A stretch of 64,000 bases of DNA. It comes from an uncultured Acidobacteriota bacterium. GTDB taxonomy: Bacteria > Acidobacteriota > Thermoanaerobaculia > UBA5066 > Gp7-AA6. The notes under the pieces are model-generated. The model saw only the letters and a program-made list of their open reading frames with translations. It was not told the DNA's origin and made no database searches. Below, piece by piece: positions 9,418 through 19,194 of the stretch (positions are counted from its first letter, which is position 1; each line of letters begins with the position of its first letter). The translations under genes were made by a program, and so were the position numbers. The stretch is taken from the NCBI GenBank assembly GCA_963764715.1, contig CAVXTP010000023.1:1-64000 (forward strand). The letters are read 5' to 3'.

Positions 9418-12400
9418 ACCTCTCCGAGCTCTTCATCCGCCGCCCCGTCATGACGACGCTCGTCATGGCGAGCCTGCTCGTCTTCGGCGTGATGGCGTAC
9501 CGGCTCCTGCCCGTCTCGGACCTGCCGAACGTCGACTTCCCGACGATCCAGGTCTCGGCGTCCCTGCCCGGGGCCTCGCCCGAGACGATGGCGTCGTCGG
9601 TCGCGACGCCGCTCGAGAAGCAGTTCACGACGATCGCCGGACTCGACAACATGAGCTCCTCCTCGGCCCAGGGCTCGACGCAGATCACGCTCCAGTTCAA
9701 CCTGTCGCGCGACCTCGACGGCGCGGCGCTCGACGTGCAGTCGGCGATTTCGGCGGTGGCGCGGCAGCTTCCCTCGAACATGCCGGCGCCGCCCTCCTAC
9801 GGCAAGGTCAACCCGGCGGACCAGCCGGTCATGTATCTCGCGCTGACCTCGAGGATCCTGCCTCTCGCCGAGCTCGACGAGTACGGCGAGGTCATGATGG
9901 CGCAGCGCATCTCGACGGTCTCGGGTGTCGCGCAGGTGCAGGTGTTCGGCCCGCAGAAGTACGCCGTGCGCGTCCAGCTCGACCCCCGCCAGCTCGCCAG
10001 CCGCGGCATCGGCATCGACGAGGTCGCCGACGCCGTGCGCAACGCCAACGTCAACCTCCCGACCGGCATCCTGTACGGGCCCCTGACCTCCTTCACGGTC
10101 CAGGCCAGCGGCCAGATCCTGCGGGCCGAGGGCTACCGGTCCGTGATCGTGACGTACCGCAACGGCTCGCCCGTCCGGGTGGGGGACCTCGGCGAGGTGA
10201 TCGACAGCGTCGAGAACAACAAGGGGGCCGCCTGGTACAACGACGAGCGGTCGATCTCGCTCGCGATCTACAAACAGCCCGGCACGAACACCGTCGAGGT
10301 CGCCGAGGCGGTCCGCAAGCTCCTCCCGACCTTCCAGAAGCAGCTCCCGGCCTCGGCCTCGCTCCACGTCGTCTACGACCGGTCGGTGTCGATCCGCGCC
10401 TCGGTCGAGGACGTGAAGTTCACGCTGATGCTGACGCTCGTTCTCGTCGTCCTCGTGATCTTCCTCTTCCTGCGCAAGCTCTCGGCGACGGTCATCCCGA
10501 GCCTCGCCCTGCCGTTCTCGATCGTCGGCACCTTCGCCGCGATGTACGTTTTCGGCTACACCCTCGACAACCTCTCGCTCATGGCCCTGACGCTCTCGGT
10601 CGGGTTCGTCGTCGACGATGCGATCGTCATGCTCGAGAACATCGTCCGGCACGTCGAGCGCGGCGAAGGCGTGTTCGAGGCCGCGCTCAAGGGCTCGCGC
10701 GAGATCGGTTTCACGATCATCTCGATGACGATCTCGCTCGCCGCGGTCTTCATCCCGATCCTCTTCATGGGCGGGATCGTCGGCAGGCTCTTCCGGGAGT
10801 TCGCGGTCGTCATCGGCGTCGCGATCCTCGTTTCGGGCTTCGTGTCGCTGTCGCTGACGCCGATGCTGTGCAGCCGGTTCCTCAAGCCCGAGGGCGAGAA
10901 GAAGGAGGGCCGGTTCTTCAAGTGGAGCGAGCGCGGCTTCGACGTCATGCTCGGCCTCTACGCCCGCACCCTCGGCCCGGCGCTCCGCCACCCGCGCCGG
11001 ATCCTCGCGATGTCGGCCCTCGTGCTCGTCGCGACGGGCTGGATGTTCGTGAAGATCCCGAAGGGCTTCCTGCCGACGGAGGACCAGGGGCTGATCTTCG
11101 GCTCGACGGAGGCGGCGCAGGGCATCGGGTTCCCGGCGATGCGCGAGAAGCAGCAGCAGATCGGCGCGATCGTCCGGGCGCACCCCGACGTCGCGAACGT
11201 CCTCATTTCGGCCGGCCCGCGCGGAAACACGGCGGTCGGCAACTCGGGCATCGTGCTCGCGCAGTTGAAGCCCCTCGGCGAGCGCCGCCGGACGGCCGAC
11301 GAGATCGTCGCGGAGCTGCGACCGCGGTTCGCGAAGGTCCCGGGGATCCGCGTATTCATGCAGGTGCCGCCGCCGATCCGCCTCGGCGGCAACCCGACGA
11401 AGAGCCAGTACCAGTACACGCTCCAGGACTCGGACACGGCGGAGCTCTACAAGTACGCCCCGATCCTCGAGGGAAAGATCCGCCAGCTGCCGGAAGTCCA
11501 GGACGTCACGAGCGACATGCAGCTCTCCAATCCCCAGCTGAACGTGACGATCGACCGCGACCGCGCGGCCGCGCTCGGCATCACGACGCAGAAGATCGAG
11601 GACGCCCTCTACACCGCGTACGGCACCCGCCAGATCTCGACGATCTACGCGCCGACCAACCAGTACCAGGTCATCATGGAGCTCGCGCCCGAGTTCCAGG
11701 CCACGGCCAGCGGGATCGGCCTGCTCTACGTGCGCGCCTCGACCGGCGACCTCGTGCCGTTTTCCTCGCTCGCTTCGGTCACGCAGGGAACCGGGCCGCT
11801 GACGGTGGCCCACCAGGGCCAGCTTCCGGCCGTGTCGATCTCGTTCAACCTGCGCCCGGGCGTGGCGCTCGGCGACGCCGTGGCCGCGGTCAACCGGGTC
11901 GCCCGCCAGACGCTGCCGGCGACCGTGCAGCGCGACTTCCAGGGCACGGCGCAGGCCTTCCAGAGCTCGATCCAGGGACTGGGGCTCCTGCTGATCGTCG
12001 CGATCCTCGTGATCTACGTCGTCCTAGGGATCCTCTACGAGAGCTTCATCCACCCGCTGACGATCCTGACGGCGCTGCCGTTCGCCGGTTTCGGCGCCCT
12101 CGTGACCCTGATGGTCTTCCGCACGGAGCTCTCGATCTACGCCTTCGTCGGCATCATCCTGCTCGTCGGCCTCGTCAAGAAGAACGGCATCATGATGGTC
12201 GACTTCGCGATCGAGGCGCAGCGCGCCGAGGGCGTGAACGCGCAGAAGGCGATCTACGAGGCCTGCGTCGTTCGCTTCCGCCCGATCATGATGACGACGA
12301 TGGCGGCCCTGATGGGCACGTTTCCGATTGCGCTGGGCTTCGGCGCCGGCGCCGAGTCGCGGCGACCCCTCGGCCTGGCCGTCGTCGGCGGCCTCCTTTT

Positions 12401-12608
12401 TTCGCAGCTCCTGACGCTTTACGTGACGCCCGTCTTCTACATCGTGATGGACCGCTTCCAGCAGCGGATCGGGCGGCGCAAGGGGAAGGGCCGGGCCGCA
12501 AAGCCTGAGCCCCGGGCCGATGAGGCAGCGGTCGAGCACGAGGAGCCCGTTCCGGCGACGGCGGCCCTGCGCCTGGGCGACGCCGAGGGGCCGGTCCTGA
12601 TTCGCTGA
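9414..12608 (+). CDS. RND efflux transporter permease (MdtB/MdtC/AcrB family)
   Basis: MNLSELFIRRPVMTTL start (ATGA overlap), GFVVDDAIVMLEN, GLVKKNGIMMVDFA and RFRPIMMTT proton-relay motifs. Confidence 0.95.
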   Translation: MNLSELFIRRPVMTTLVMASLLVFGVMAYRLLPVSDLPNVDFPTIQVSASLPGASPETMASSVATPLEKQFTTIAGLDNMSSSSAQGSTQITLQFNLSRDLDGAALDVQSAISAVARQLPSNMPAPPSYGKVNPADQPVMYLALTSRILPLAELDEYGEVMMAQRISTVSGVAQVQVFGPQKYAVRVQLDPRQLASRGIGIDEVADAVRNANVNLPTGILYGPLTSFTVQASGQILRAEGYRSVIVTYRNGSPVRVGDLGEVIDSVENNKGAAWYNDERSISLAIYKQPGTNTVEVAEAVRKLLPTFQKQLPASASLHVVYDRSVSIRASVEDVKFTLMLTLVLVVLVIFLFLRKLSATVIPSLALPFSIVGTFAAMYVFGYTLDNLSLMALTLSVGFVVDDAIVMLENIVRHVERGEGVFEAALKGSREIGFTIISMTISLAAVFIPILFMGGIVGRLFREFAVVIGVAILVSGFVSLSLTPMLCSRFLKPEGEKKEGRFFKWSERGFDVMLGLYARTLGPALRHPRRILAMSALVLVATGWMFVKIPKGFLPTEDQGLIFGSTEAAQGIGFPAMREKQQQIGAIVRAHPDVANVLISAGPRGNTAVGNSGIVLAQLKPLGERRRTADEIVAELRPRFAKVPGIRVFMQVPPPIRLGGNPTKSQYQYTLQDSDTAELYKYAPILEGKIRQLPEVQDVTSDMQLSNPQLNVTIDRDRAAALGITTQKIEDALYTAYGTRQISTIYAPTNQYQVIMELAPEFQATASGIGLLYVRASTGDLVPFSSLASVTQGTGPLTVAHQGQLPAVSISFNLRPGVALGDAVAAVNRVARQTLPATVQRDFQGTAQAFQSSIQGLGLLLIVAILVIYVVLGILYESFIHPLTILTALPFAGFGALVTLMVFRTELSIYAFVGIILLVGLVKKNGIMMVDFAIEAQRAEGVNAQKAIYEACVVRFRPIMMTTMAALMGTFPIALGFGAGAESRRPLGLAVVGGLLFSQLLTLYVTPVFYIVMDRFQQRIGRRKGKGRAAKPEPRADEAAVEHEEPVPATAALRLGDAEGPVLIR

Positions 12609-12627
12609 CGCCGGCGCGGCTCGGGCG

Positions 12628-14052
12628 TCACATCCCGTTCAGGCAGACTCCGTTCAACGGCACCGACTGTCCCTCGGCGAGGAACCGCACCTCGCAACGG
12701 TTCGTCAGCGGAAACTCCGTCATCAGCGGGAGCCGCTCGATCTCCCCGCGGGCGTCGGGACGGAGCGGGCAGGCGGCGAGGACGATCCAGGCCGGGCCCG
12801 AGACGCTCTCGCCGCCCCACTCGAGCGAGGGCCGCTGGACGGCGCCGCGGCCCGAATCCGCCCAGTAGTAGCCGAAGTTTCGAAACGTCCAGAAGTTGAC
12901 CGCGACGACGCGCTGTCCGGACGTGATGTTCCGCCGCACGTAGTCCGCGACCTTGTTCCACTCGGGGCGGCCGTGGTCGTAGTAGGCCGAGAGCGTCCGC
13001 AGGTCGAAGGCGAGGACGAGGCCGACGGCGGCGAAGCCCGCCAGGCGAAGCAGCGGCTTTTCGCTCAACCGTGCGACGGCATATGCCGCCAGAAAGACAG
13101 CCCCGAGCCACGCGGGCAGGAGATAGCGAACGGCCGGGAAGTGCGGCCGCACCTGAAGGACGAGGACCACGATCGCGGCGCCGGCCAGCAGCCAGGCGGC
13201 GCAGAAAGCCGCCGGGCGCGAGCGCCGCGCCAGGACGAGCCCGATCGCGACGAGGGCCCAGAAGGCCCACGAGCCGGGCGAAAGAGGCTCAACGAGCCAG
13301 TCGCCCGTGCCGAGAACCTGCAGGCGGTAGGCGAGCCAGGCGAGATCGAGCTTCTCGGCCTCCATCGGCGGCGTCTTCCGCGCGACGGAGAGGATGGCCG
13401 GCAGCCACGGAAGGTAGAGAATCAGCCAGCCCGCGAGCGCGAGCGGCAGCTTCTTCCAGAGGCGCCGGAGGTCCGTCTTGCGGAACAGCGCGATGAACCC
13501 GAGTCCGAGGAGGCCGGCGAAGAGGCCGGCGAAGTAGAGAGTCCAGGCGGCCGCGAGCACGGACAGAAACCAGATCCAGGCGAACGCCGCGCGTGGCCGT
13601 CGGCGGTAGGCCTCCAGAGCGGCGACGCTCGCCAGCAGCAGGAAGAGGCCGAGCGAGTAAGGTCGGACTTCCTGGGAGTACCGGACGTGGATCGGCGAGA
13701 CGGCGAGCAGAAGCCCTCCGACGAGGCCGGCGAGCGGTCCGAACCACCGGCCGGCGAGAAAGAGGGTCAGCGCGACCGCGCCGACGCCGGCGAGGACGCC
13801 CGGGACTCTTCGGACCCACTCGGGCGCCCCGGCCCGGCTGAGAACGGCCTGGATCGAGAACTCCAGCGGCGGATGGACGCCGTCGTCCGCGGCCCGCTCG
13901 AGCAGCCGCTGGAACGACTCGCGGGACCAGCGCACTTCGTCGATCTCGTCGTTGTCGAGCGAGAAGCGATCGAGCGCCACCGAGCGGAGCACGAGCGCGA
14001 GGCCGATGACGACGAAGGCCAGGATCCGGAATCGCCGCTGCGAGCTCGACAT
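12628..14052 (-). CDS. Membrane glycosyltransferase, GT39/PMT/ArnT-like (GT-C fold)
   Basis: SLDNDEI acidic motif, HPPL, YSQEVRPYSL and multiple TMs. Start MSSSQRR at 14052. Confidence 0.82.
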   Translation of the reverse strand: MSSSQRRFRILAFVVIGLALVLRSVALDRFSLDNDEIDEVRWSRESFQRLLERAADDGVHPPLEFSIQAVLSRAGAPEWVRRVPGVLAGVGAVALTLFLAGRWFGPLAGLVGGLLLAVSPIHVRYSQEVRPYSLGLFLLLASVAALEAYRRRPRAAFAWIWFLSVLAAAWTLYFAGLFAGLLGLGFIALFRKTDLRRLWKKLPLALAGWLILYLPWLPAILSVARKTPPMEAEKLDLAWLAYRLQVLGTGDWLVEPLSPGSWAFWALVAIGLVLARRSRPAAFCAAWLLAGAAIVVLVLQVRPHFPAVRYLLPAWLGAVFLAAYAVARLSEKPLLRLAGFAAVGLVLAFDLRTLSAYYDHGRPEWNKVADYVRRNITSGQRVVAVNFWTFRNFGYYWADSGRGAVQRPSLEWGGESVSGPAWIVLAACPLRPDARGEIERLPLMTEFPLTNRCEVRFLAEGQSVPLNGVCLNGM

Positions 14053-14067
14053 CGACGCGTCTCCCGC

Positions 14068-14108
14068 CGCGCTCGGCCCGCCGGAGCCCGAGTGCTCCCG
14101 GCCGAGCC
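14068..14108 (-). terminator. GC-rich hairpin downstream of the EAL gene (possible terminator or processing site)
   Basis: GCTCGGCC...GGCCGAGC stem with an inner GGAGC/GCTCC stem; no U-tract. Confidence 0.35.
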
Positions 14109-15452
14109 TCAGTTTCTCGACGCCCGCCCGCTGACCTGGAACGCCGGCCGGCCCAGCAGATAGCCCTGGCCGAACGCGATGCCGAGGTCGACCAGGGTCT
14201 TCCTCTCGGCCTCGACCTCGATGCCCTCGGCCACGAGGGTCGCGCCGATGCGCTTTCCGATGGCGTCGAGCGACGCGATGATCTCGCGCTTGATCGGGTC
14301 CGTGTGGATGTTGCGCACGAGCGAGTCGGCGACCTTGATGTAGTCCGGCTTGAGGTGAAGGATCGCCTCGAGGCCCGAGTAGCCGGAGCCGGCGTCGTCG
14401 ATCGCGATCTTCATGTTTGCCTTGCGCACCTGGCCGAGCACGTCCTGGAAGGAGTCGTAGTCGCGGACCATCTCCTTCTCGGAGATCTCGACGACGACGT
14501 CGGCGTGGCTGCGGTTGATCGAGGCGAGATTGCGCGCGTCGAGGAACACGGGGTGGCGGAGAAGCATCGCCGAGGCGTTGACGAAGAGGCGCTTCTCGCC
14601 GACGGCCCGCGGAAGCCCCGCGAAGATCGTCTCGAGGCACAGGGTTTCGAGCTCGACGTCCATCTCGTTCTCGTGGGCCACCGCGAAGAGGACCGTCGGG
14701 GGCTCGAGGGTCGAGCCCTGCGGGCCGCGGATGAGGGCCTCGTAGCCCATGATCGTGCCGTCGGGCAGGTGACGCACCGGCTGGAAGGCCGGCCGGAGCT
14801 GCCGGCCGCCGATGACCGACTTCAGGCCCGCGAAGAGCTCGATCCTCTCGTGGGTCTGGCGCTGGGTGACGATCTTGACGGCCTCCTGGAGCGTCCGCAC
14901 GATGTGGCGCGAAGGGCGCACGCGGGGGTTGTCGGGGGTCGTCAGGCTCGAGGCGAGGATGCTGACGAGGTCCGCGGTCGTTCCCTCGAGCGTCTGGCGC
15001 AGCCGCCGGATCACCCCCGCGCGCAGCCGCGCGGCCTCCTCTTCGAGGTTGATCGGGGGCCGGCCGCGGCCCGCCGGCGGCAGGCTGTAGAGAATGAAGA
15101 AACCGTCGGCGCCCGAAAAGCGGATCGAGTGGACGTGGGGCGCCAGGCGCGACGTCCGGACGTCGTCCTGCAGGCCCTCGGACAGCCCCGCGAGCACGCG
15201 GTCGTAGTGTTCCCAGCCGAAGAGCTCCTCGAAGCCGAAGAACTTGCCGACCTGCAGGTAGATGACGCCGAGGTGGTCGATCCGCTCGTCGGCGCGCTCG
15301 GGCGTCTCGAACGGGTGGATCGGAAGGTTCGTGATCCCGTCGTAGACGATCCGCTCGCGGCGCAGCTCGTCGAGGCCCTCGGGCGGGGCCACGGCCGCGT
15401 CGGGGAACGGGCCGTCGATGACGTTGGGTTCGGTGCGGCGTTTGGGCCTCAT
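14109..15452 (-). CDS. EAL c-di-GMP phosphodiesterase with degenerate N-terminal GGDEF domain
   Basis: YEALIRGP, FVNAS, VEISE, IDDAGSGYS, YIK, AEGIE and QGY are present; GGDEF is degenerate (SGADGF). Confidence 0.9.
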   Translation of the reverse strand: MRPKRRTEPNVIDGPFPDAAVAPPEGLDELRRERIVYDGITNLPIHPFETPERADERIDHLGVIYLQVGKFFGFEELFGWEHYDRVLAGLSEGLQDDVRTSRLAPHVHSIRFSGADGFFILYSLPPAGRGRPPINLEEEAARLRAGVIRRLRQTLEGTTADLVSILASSLTTPDNPRVRPSRHIVRTLQEAVKIVTQRQTHERIELFAGLKSVIGGRQLRPAFQPVRHLPDGTIMGYEALIRGPQGSTLEPPTVLFAVAHENEMDVELETLCLETIFAGLPRAVGEKRLFVNASAMLLRHPVFLDARNLASINRSHADVVVEISEKEMVRDYDSFQDVLGQVRKANMKIAIDDAGSGYSGLEAILHLKPDYIKVADSLVRNIHTDPIKREIIASLDAIGKRIGATLVAEGIEVEAERKTLVDLGIAFGQGYLLGRPAFQVSGRASRN

Positions 15453-15835
15453 CCTTCCTCCATGGCGTGAGTCGTGTCGAGAAGCGACCGCACTTTCCGG
15501 CGAAGCTCTTCGGCGCCGAAGGGCTTGGCCAGAAAATCCGAGCCGCCGAGCTGCATGGCCGTGATCCGGTCCTTGACCTCGGAGCGTCCGGTCAGGAAGA
15601 GCACGGGAACCTCCCGCGTGGCGGACTGGCGGCGCAGGATCGCGCAGAACTCCCAGCCGGTCATGCCGGGCATGTTGACGTCGAGGATGACGAGGTCCGG
15701 GACCTCGCGGATCGTCTCGACGAGCGCGGCGCGGGGCTCGTTCGGGCAGTCCACGAGGAAGCCTTCGGGCACCAGGAGGTCGCGGACCGCGACCGAGATC
15801 TCGCGGTCGTCGTCGACGACGACGATCCGCTTCAT
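15449..15835 (-). CDS. Single-domain response regulator (REC)
   Basis: VVVDDD, LDVNMPG phospho-Asp, FLT and KPF. ATGA overlaps at both ends. Confidence 0.92.
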   Translation of the reverse strand: MKRIVVVDDDREISVAVRDLLVPEGFLVDCPNEPRAALVETIREVPDLVILDVNMPGMTGWEFCAILRRQSATREVPVLFLTGRSEVKDRITAMQLGGSDFLAKPFGAEELRRKVRSLLDTTHAMEEG

Positions 15836-17079
15836 CGCGCGCCTCGCTGGAAGGGAAGCATGATCGTCACTTCGGAACCATAACCCGCCTCGCTCGAGAG
15901 GCTGATCTTGCCGCCGTTGGCCTCGAGGATCTCCTTGGTCATGGCGAGGCCGAGCCCCTTGCCGCGCCGACCCGAGGCGACGGCGCCCGCCCCACGGAAG
16001 GCGTAGTCGAAGGCGCGGGCGCTTTCTTCGGGGCTCATCCCCATCCCCGTGTCCTTGACGACGACGAAGGCCTGCGAGCCGGCGGCGCCGGCGCGGATGC
16101 GGACCTCGCCGGCGTCCGGCGTGTACTTGATGGCGTTGTCGAGGACGTTGCGGAAGGCGCGCTGGAGGGCGACCGGGTCGGCGGCCACGGGAAGCTGCGG
16201 GCGCTCGGCGATGAACTCGATCCGGATCCGCCCGCCGTGGGCCAGGCGGTAGGCCGTCGCGAGCGAGCCCAGGATCTCGACGAGATCGGCGTTCAGCGGA
16301 GGCGGGGCCGAGGGCTCCGGCACGGGCGCGGGGGTGCCGACGAGGCGCTCGGCGAGCTCGATCTCGCGCTCGAGGTTGTCGAGGTACTCGCGGTTGGGCA
16401 GCTCGCCGCGCCGGGCGGCCTCCTGGATGAGGTCGGTGTAGACGCGGATGACCGAGAGCGGCGAGCGCAGGTCGTGGAGGATCTCCGCCTCGGGGTCCCG
16501 CTCGGGCGGCGCCGGGTCCCGACGAACGGATACGACCGGCGCATCGGCCGCGGCTTCGGAAGCGGCGGTCCGCGTCGTCGGAATCGCCGCTTCCGGAGCC
16601 GCCGCCGACGCAACCTCGAGCGTCACGAGGAGGGCCGGCGCCGCGAGCGCGACGCCCGCGAGCGCGAAGAGCGCGGCGCCGTCGGTCGGCACCCGCGCCA
16701 GGGTCGCGAGCGCCGCCACGCCCATGACCGCGGCCGCCGCGAAGAAACGCGCCGCCGGCTTCCCCTCGCAGTGCCACGACAGCGCGACCCCGGCGGGAAG
16801 CAGCAGCGCGTACGGCGACATCGTTCCCCCGGTCAGCGACATCGCGCAGAAGAGCAGGGCGAGGTCCACCACCATCGCGAGCGGCGCGGCGAACTCGCCG
16901 AGCGCGTCCCGCACGCCCCTGCGCGTCAGGAGGAAGAGCGCGCCCAGCGCGCCGCCCATCGCGAGCGCGAGCAGGCGCGCGTCTCCCAGGCGCAGCACGA
17001 TGGCGATGAGGGTGAAGAGGGTGAAGAGACCGGAGGCCGCGGCGCGGTGGGCGGCGAACGCCCCGCGCCGATCAGACAT
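15832..17079 (-). CDS. Membrane sensor histidine kinase
   Basis: N-terminal TMs, H-box HDLRSPL, N-box NVLDNAIKY, DTGMG and GKGLGLA. Confidence 0.92.
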   Translation of the reverse strand: MSDRRGAFAAHRAAASGLFTLFTLIAIVLRLGDARLLALAMGGALGALFLLTRRGVRDALGEFAAPLAMVVDLALLFCAMSLTGGTMSPYALLLPAGVALSWHCEGKPAARFFAAAAVMGVAALATLARVPTDGAALFALAGVALAAPALLVTLEVASAAAPEAAIPTTRTAASEAAADAPVVSVRRDPAPPERDPEAEILHDLRSPLSVIRVYTDLIQEAARRGELPNREYLDNLEREIELAERLVGTPAPVPEPSAPPPLNADLVEILGSLATAYRLAHGGRIRIEFIAERPQLPVAADPVALQRAFRNVLDNAIKYTPDAGEVRIRAGAAGSQAFVVVKDTGMGMSPEESARAFDYAFRGAGAVASGRRGKGLGLAMTKEILEANGGKISLSSEAGYGSEVTIMLPFQRGAR

Positions 17080-18175
17080 AGGCGCAACCGACGCGGACGC
17101 CGCCGCCCGGCAGCGGCGCGGAGTTCAGGGCCTTGAGCTTGATCGGGTGGCGCTCGGGGTCGTGCTTCTGGACGATCTCGGCCTTCCACCGCGGAGGCCA
17201 CTTCTCGGCCCGCTTCGCGTAGAAGGAGATCCCGCCGAAGCTGACGTCGACGACCGGCGCCGTGTGCGGGCGCGCCGGGCTCTTCCACTCCATCTGCAGG
17301 CTCATCTCCTCCGGCGCGAAGCGCGGGTGGAGGCGCCGCTCGCGTCCCTCGAACGCGGACTGCGAGCGGCACTGGTAGAGGCGCAGGTCCGCGATCTTCA
17401 GCAGGAAGTCGGTGCTCTTCCCATCGTTGGGATAGGACGCGACGCCGTAGTGGAGATCGAGGGCCGTGGCCGTCCGGTCGGAGAGCGGGATGTCCGCGAC
17501 CTTCTCGCGCACCCGTTCCATCACCGCGAGCGCCGAGATCATGTCGGTGTTGGGGAGCACGAGGACGAACTCGTCCCCGCCCCACCGGCAGCCCGCGTCG
17601 ACCGCGCGGAGCGAGTCCCGCACGACGCGGGCGGTCCGCACGAGCACGCTGTCGCCGACGGGGTGCCCCATCCGGTCGTTGATCGACTTGAAGCCCTTCA
17701 AGTCCAGCATGCCGACGGCGAGGATCCCGCCGGAGCGCTCGGCGCGCGAGATCTCCCGCGAGAGGTGGTCGACGAGGAACCTCCGGTTGTAGAGGCCGGT
17801 CAGGGGGTCCGTGATCGCGTTGACGCGCAGGACCGCGAGGTCCGCCTCCGAGACGAGCCGCGGCTCCTTCATCAAACCCTTGCGGCTGTGGAGGTGATGG
17901 AGGAGGACGGTCTGGAGCCCGAGGGGCGAGCCGAGCTTTTCCCGCAGGGCGGGGATCAACCGCTCGATCTCCGTCCAGCGCTCGAGCGCCTCGGGGGCCT
18001 CGAAGGGGATCCCCGTCCACTCGGCGAGCAGTTGCCTCAGGACCTCGCCCCGGCCGCCGTTGCGCGCGATCGAGGACAGGGACTTCGAGAACCTCGGGAG
18101 GGAAAAGTCGCGCTGGCGTCCCAGCCGCGCCAGGCGGCCGATGTGCTCGTTCAGGTCGTCCGAAGCCAACCGCAT
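17072..18175 (-). CDS. Diguanylate cyclase with C-terminal PilZ domain
   Basis: DPLTGLYNRR, I-site RAVD, WGGDEF; PilZ RERRLHPR...DVSFGG. Start at ATG 18175 after a GGGAG RBS (the track extends to 18241). Confidence 0.88.
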   Translation of the reverse strand: MRLASDDLNEHIGRLARLGRQRDFSLPRFSKSLSSIARNGGRGEVLRQLLAEWTGIPFEAPEALERWTEIERLIPALREKLGSPLGLQTVLLHHLHSRKGLMKEPRLVSEADLAVLRVNAITDPLTGLYNRRFLVDHLSREISRAERSGGILAVGMLDLKGFKSINDRMGHPVGDSVLVRTARVVRDSLRAVDAGCRWGGDEFVLVLPNTDMISALAVMERVREKVADIPLSDRTATALDLHYGVASYPNDGKSTDFLLKIADLRLYQCRSQSAFEGRERRLHPRFAPEEMSLQMEWKSPARPHTAPVVDVSFGGISFYAKRAEKWPPRWKAEIVQKHDPERHPIKLKALNSAPLPGGGVRVGCAYV

Positions 18176-18250
18176 CCTGCTCCCGTCCACCCGGCGCACG
18201 ATGTCGCCGCCGGGCTCGTCCTGCGCTGCGGGCGGCCGCAAGGGCCGCCC

Positions 18251-18748
18251 CTACTCCGTTTGCCTTTTTCCACCGTGGACGAGAGCCGCCGGAAGGCGGT
18301 CCGCTCGCTCGGCTTCGCGCGTGAGGCGCTCGACGGCGCCGGCCGCCTCGGCCACCGCGTCTCCGAGTGAACAGACCAGGACGAGCTGTCCGTCATTCAG
18401 CAGATCCACGACCTCGCGGTCCGAGCGCGCCCAGAGGACGCTCGAGCCGGCGACGATCAGGCGCGCCCGGCCGAGGTCCGCGGACGGGTCGAGCTTCGCC
18501 AGGGCCTCCGCGCACCGCCGGATGCGGGCGAGGCCGACGCCGCTCGCGCGAAGGCGCGCCGAGACCCGGAGCCGGACGATGTCGGCGAACGAGTACCGCC
18601 GGGCCGAGCCGTATCCGCTGGCCTTCTCGATCGACGGACGGACGAAGCCCTTCCTATCCCAATGGTCGAGTTGCCTGGCCGTGAGGCCAGTCAGCCGCGC
18701 GGCCTCCGCGGTGGAGAAGCTTCTCGCAATGACACTCGTGAATTTCAT
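18251..18748 (-). CDS. MerR family transcriptional regulator (Rv1830/McdR-like)
   Basis: TGLTARQLDHWDRKGFVRPS...GYGSARRYSFADIV and C-terminal EVVDLLNDGQLV resemble the actinobacterial Rv1830 family (recognised from memory). Confidence 0.8.
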   Translation of the reverse strand: MKFTSVIARSFSTAEAARLTGLTARQLDHWDRKGFVRPSIEKASGYGSARRYSFADIVRLRVSARLRASGVGLARIRRCAEALAKLDPSADLGRARLIVAGSSVLWARSDREVVDLLNDGQLVLVCSLGDAVAEAAGAVERLTREAERADRLPAALVHGGKRQTE

Positions 18749-18758
18749 CGATGTAATT
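18741..18758. promoter_or_regulatory. Imperfect palindrome AATTACATCGATGAAATT over the MerR start; candidate autoregulatory operator
   Basis: 18-bp inverted repeat with one mismatch, just downstream of a minus-strand extended -10-like TGCTAACAT (~18765-18773). Confidence 0.55.
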
Positions 18759-18807
18759 CAAAAATGTTAGCACAGGCGCGGGTTTTCGGGGCATCGATGG
18801 GGCGCGG

Positions 18808-19194
18808 CTACGCTAGTTCGAGGTCGGTTTTGGCGAAATCGGAGCCGGTGCAGAGCAGGGGTTGGCCCGCCAGCCTGGCGGTCGCGTACGTCAGGCAATC
18901 ACCCATGTTCAGCCCGGCCGGATGCCTGCCCTTCCCGTAACGACGGAAAGCGTCGACCGCGGCTCTCCAATGATCCTGACCAAAGGGCACGACTGCGAGA
19001 TCAGCTTCCAGGACAAAGACCGGGAGGCTTCGCTTGCCTTCGATTCCCGCCCGCCCCGTGAGCACGATTCCCGCTTCCGCCAGCGTGGGGGCTCCGATTC
19101 CGACGCTCGCCGCCGCCGCCAGCTTCTGAAGCAACAGGTCCGAGCCCGGCTCGTTGAGGAGGATGGCAATGAGGGCAGAACTGTCGACGATCAA
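18808..19194 (-). CDS. vapC: Type II toxin VapC (PIN domain ribonuclease)
   Basis: MIVDSSALIAIL, TLAEA, YGKGRHPAGLNMGDCLTYA and GSDF; VapC30-like. Confidence 0.93.
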   Translation of the reverse strand: MIVDSSALIAILLNEPGSDLLLQKLAAAASVGIGAPTLAEAGIVLTGRAGIEGKRSLPVFVLEADLAVVPFGQDHWRAAVDAFRRYGKGRHPAGLNMGDCLTYATARLAGQPLLCTGSDFAKTDLELA

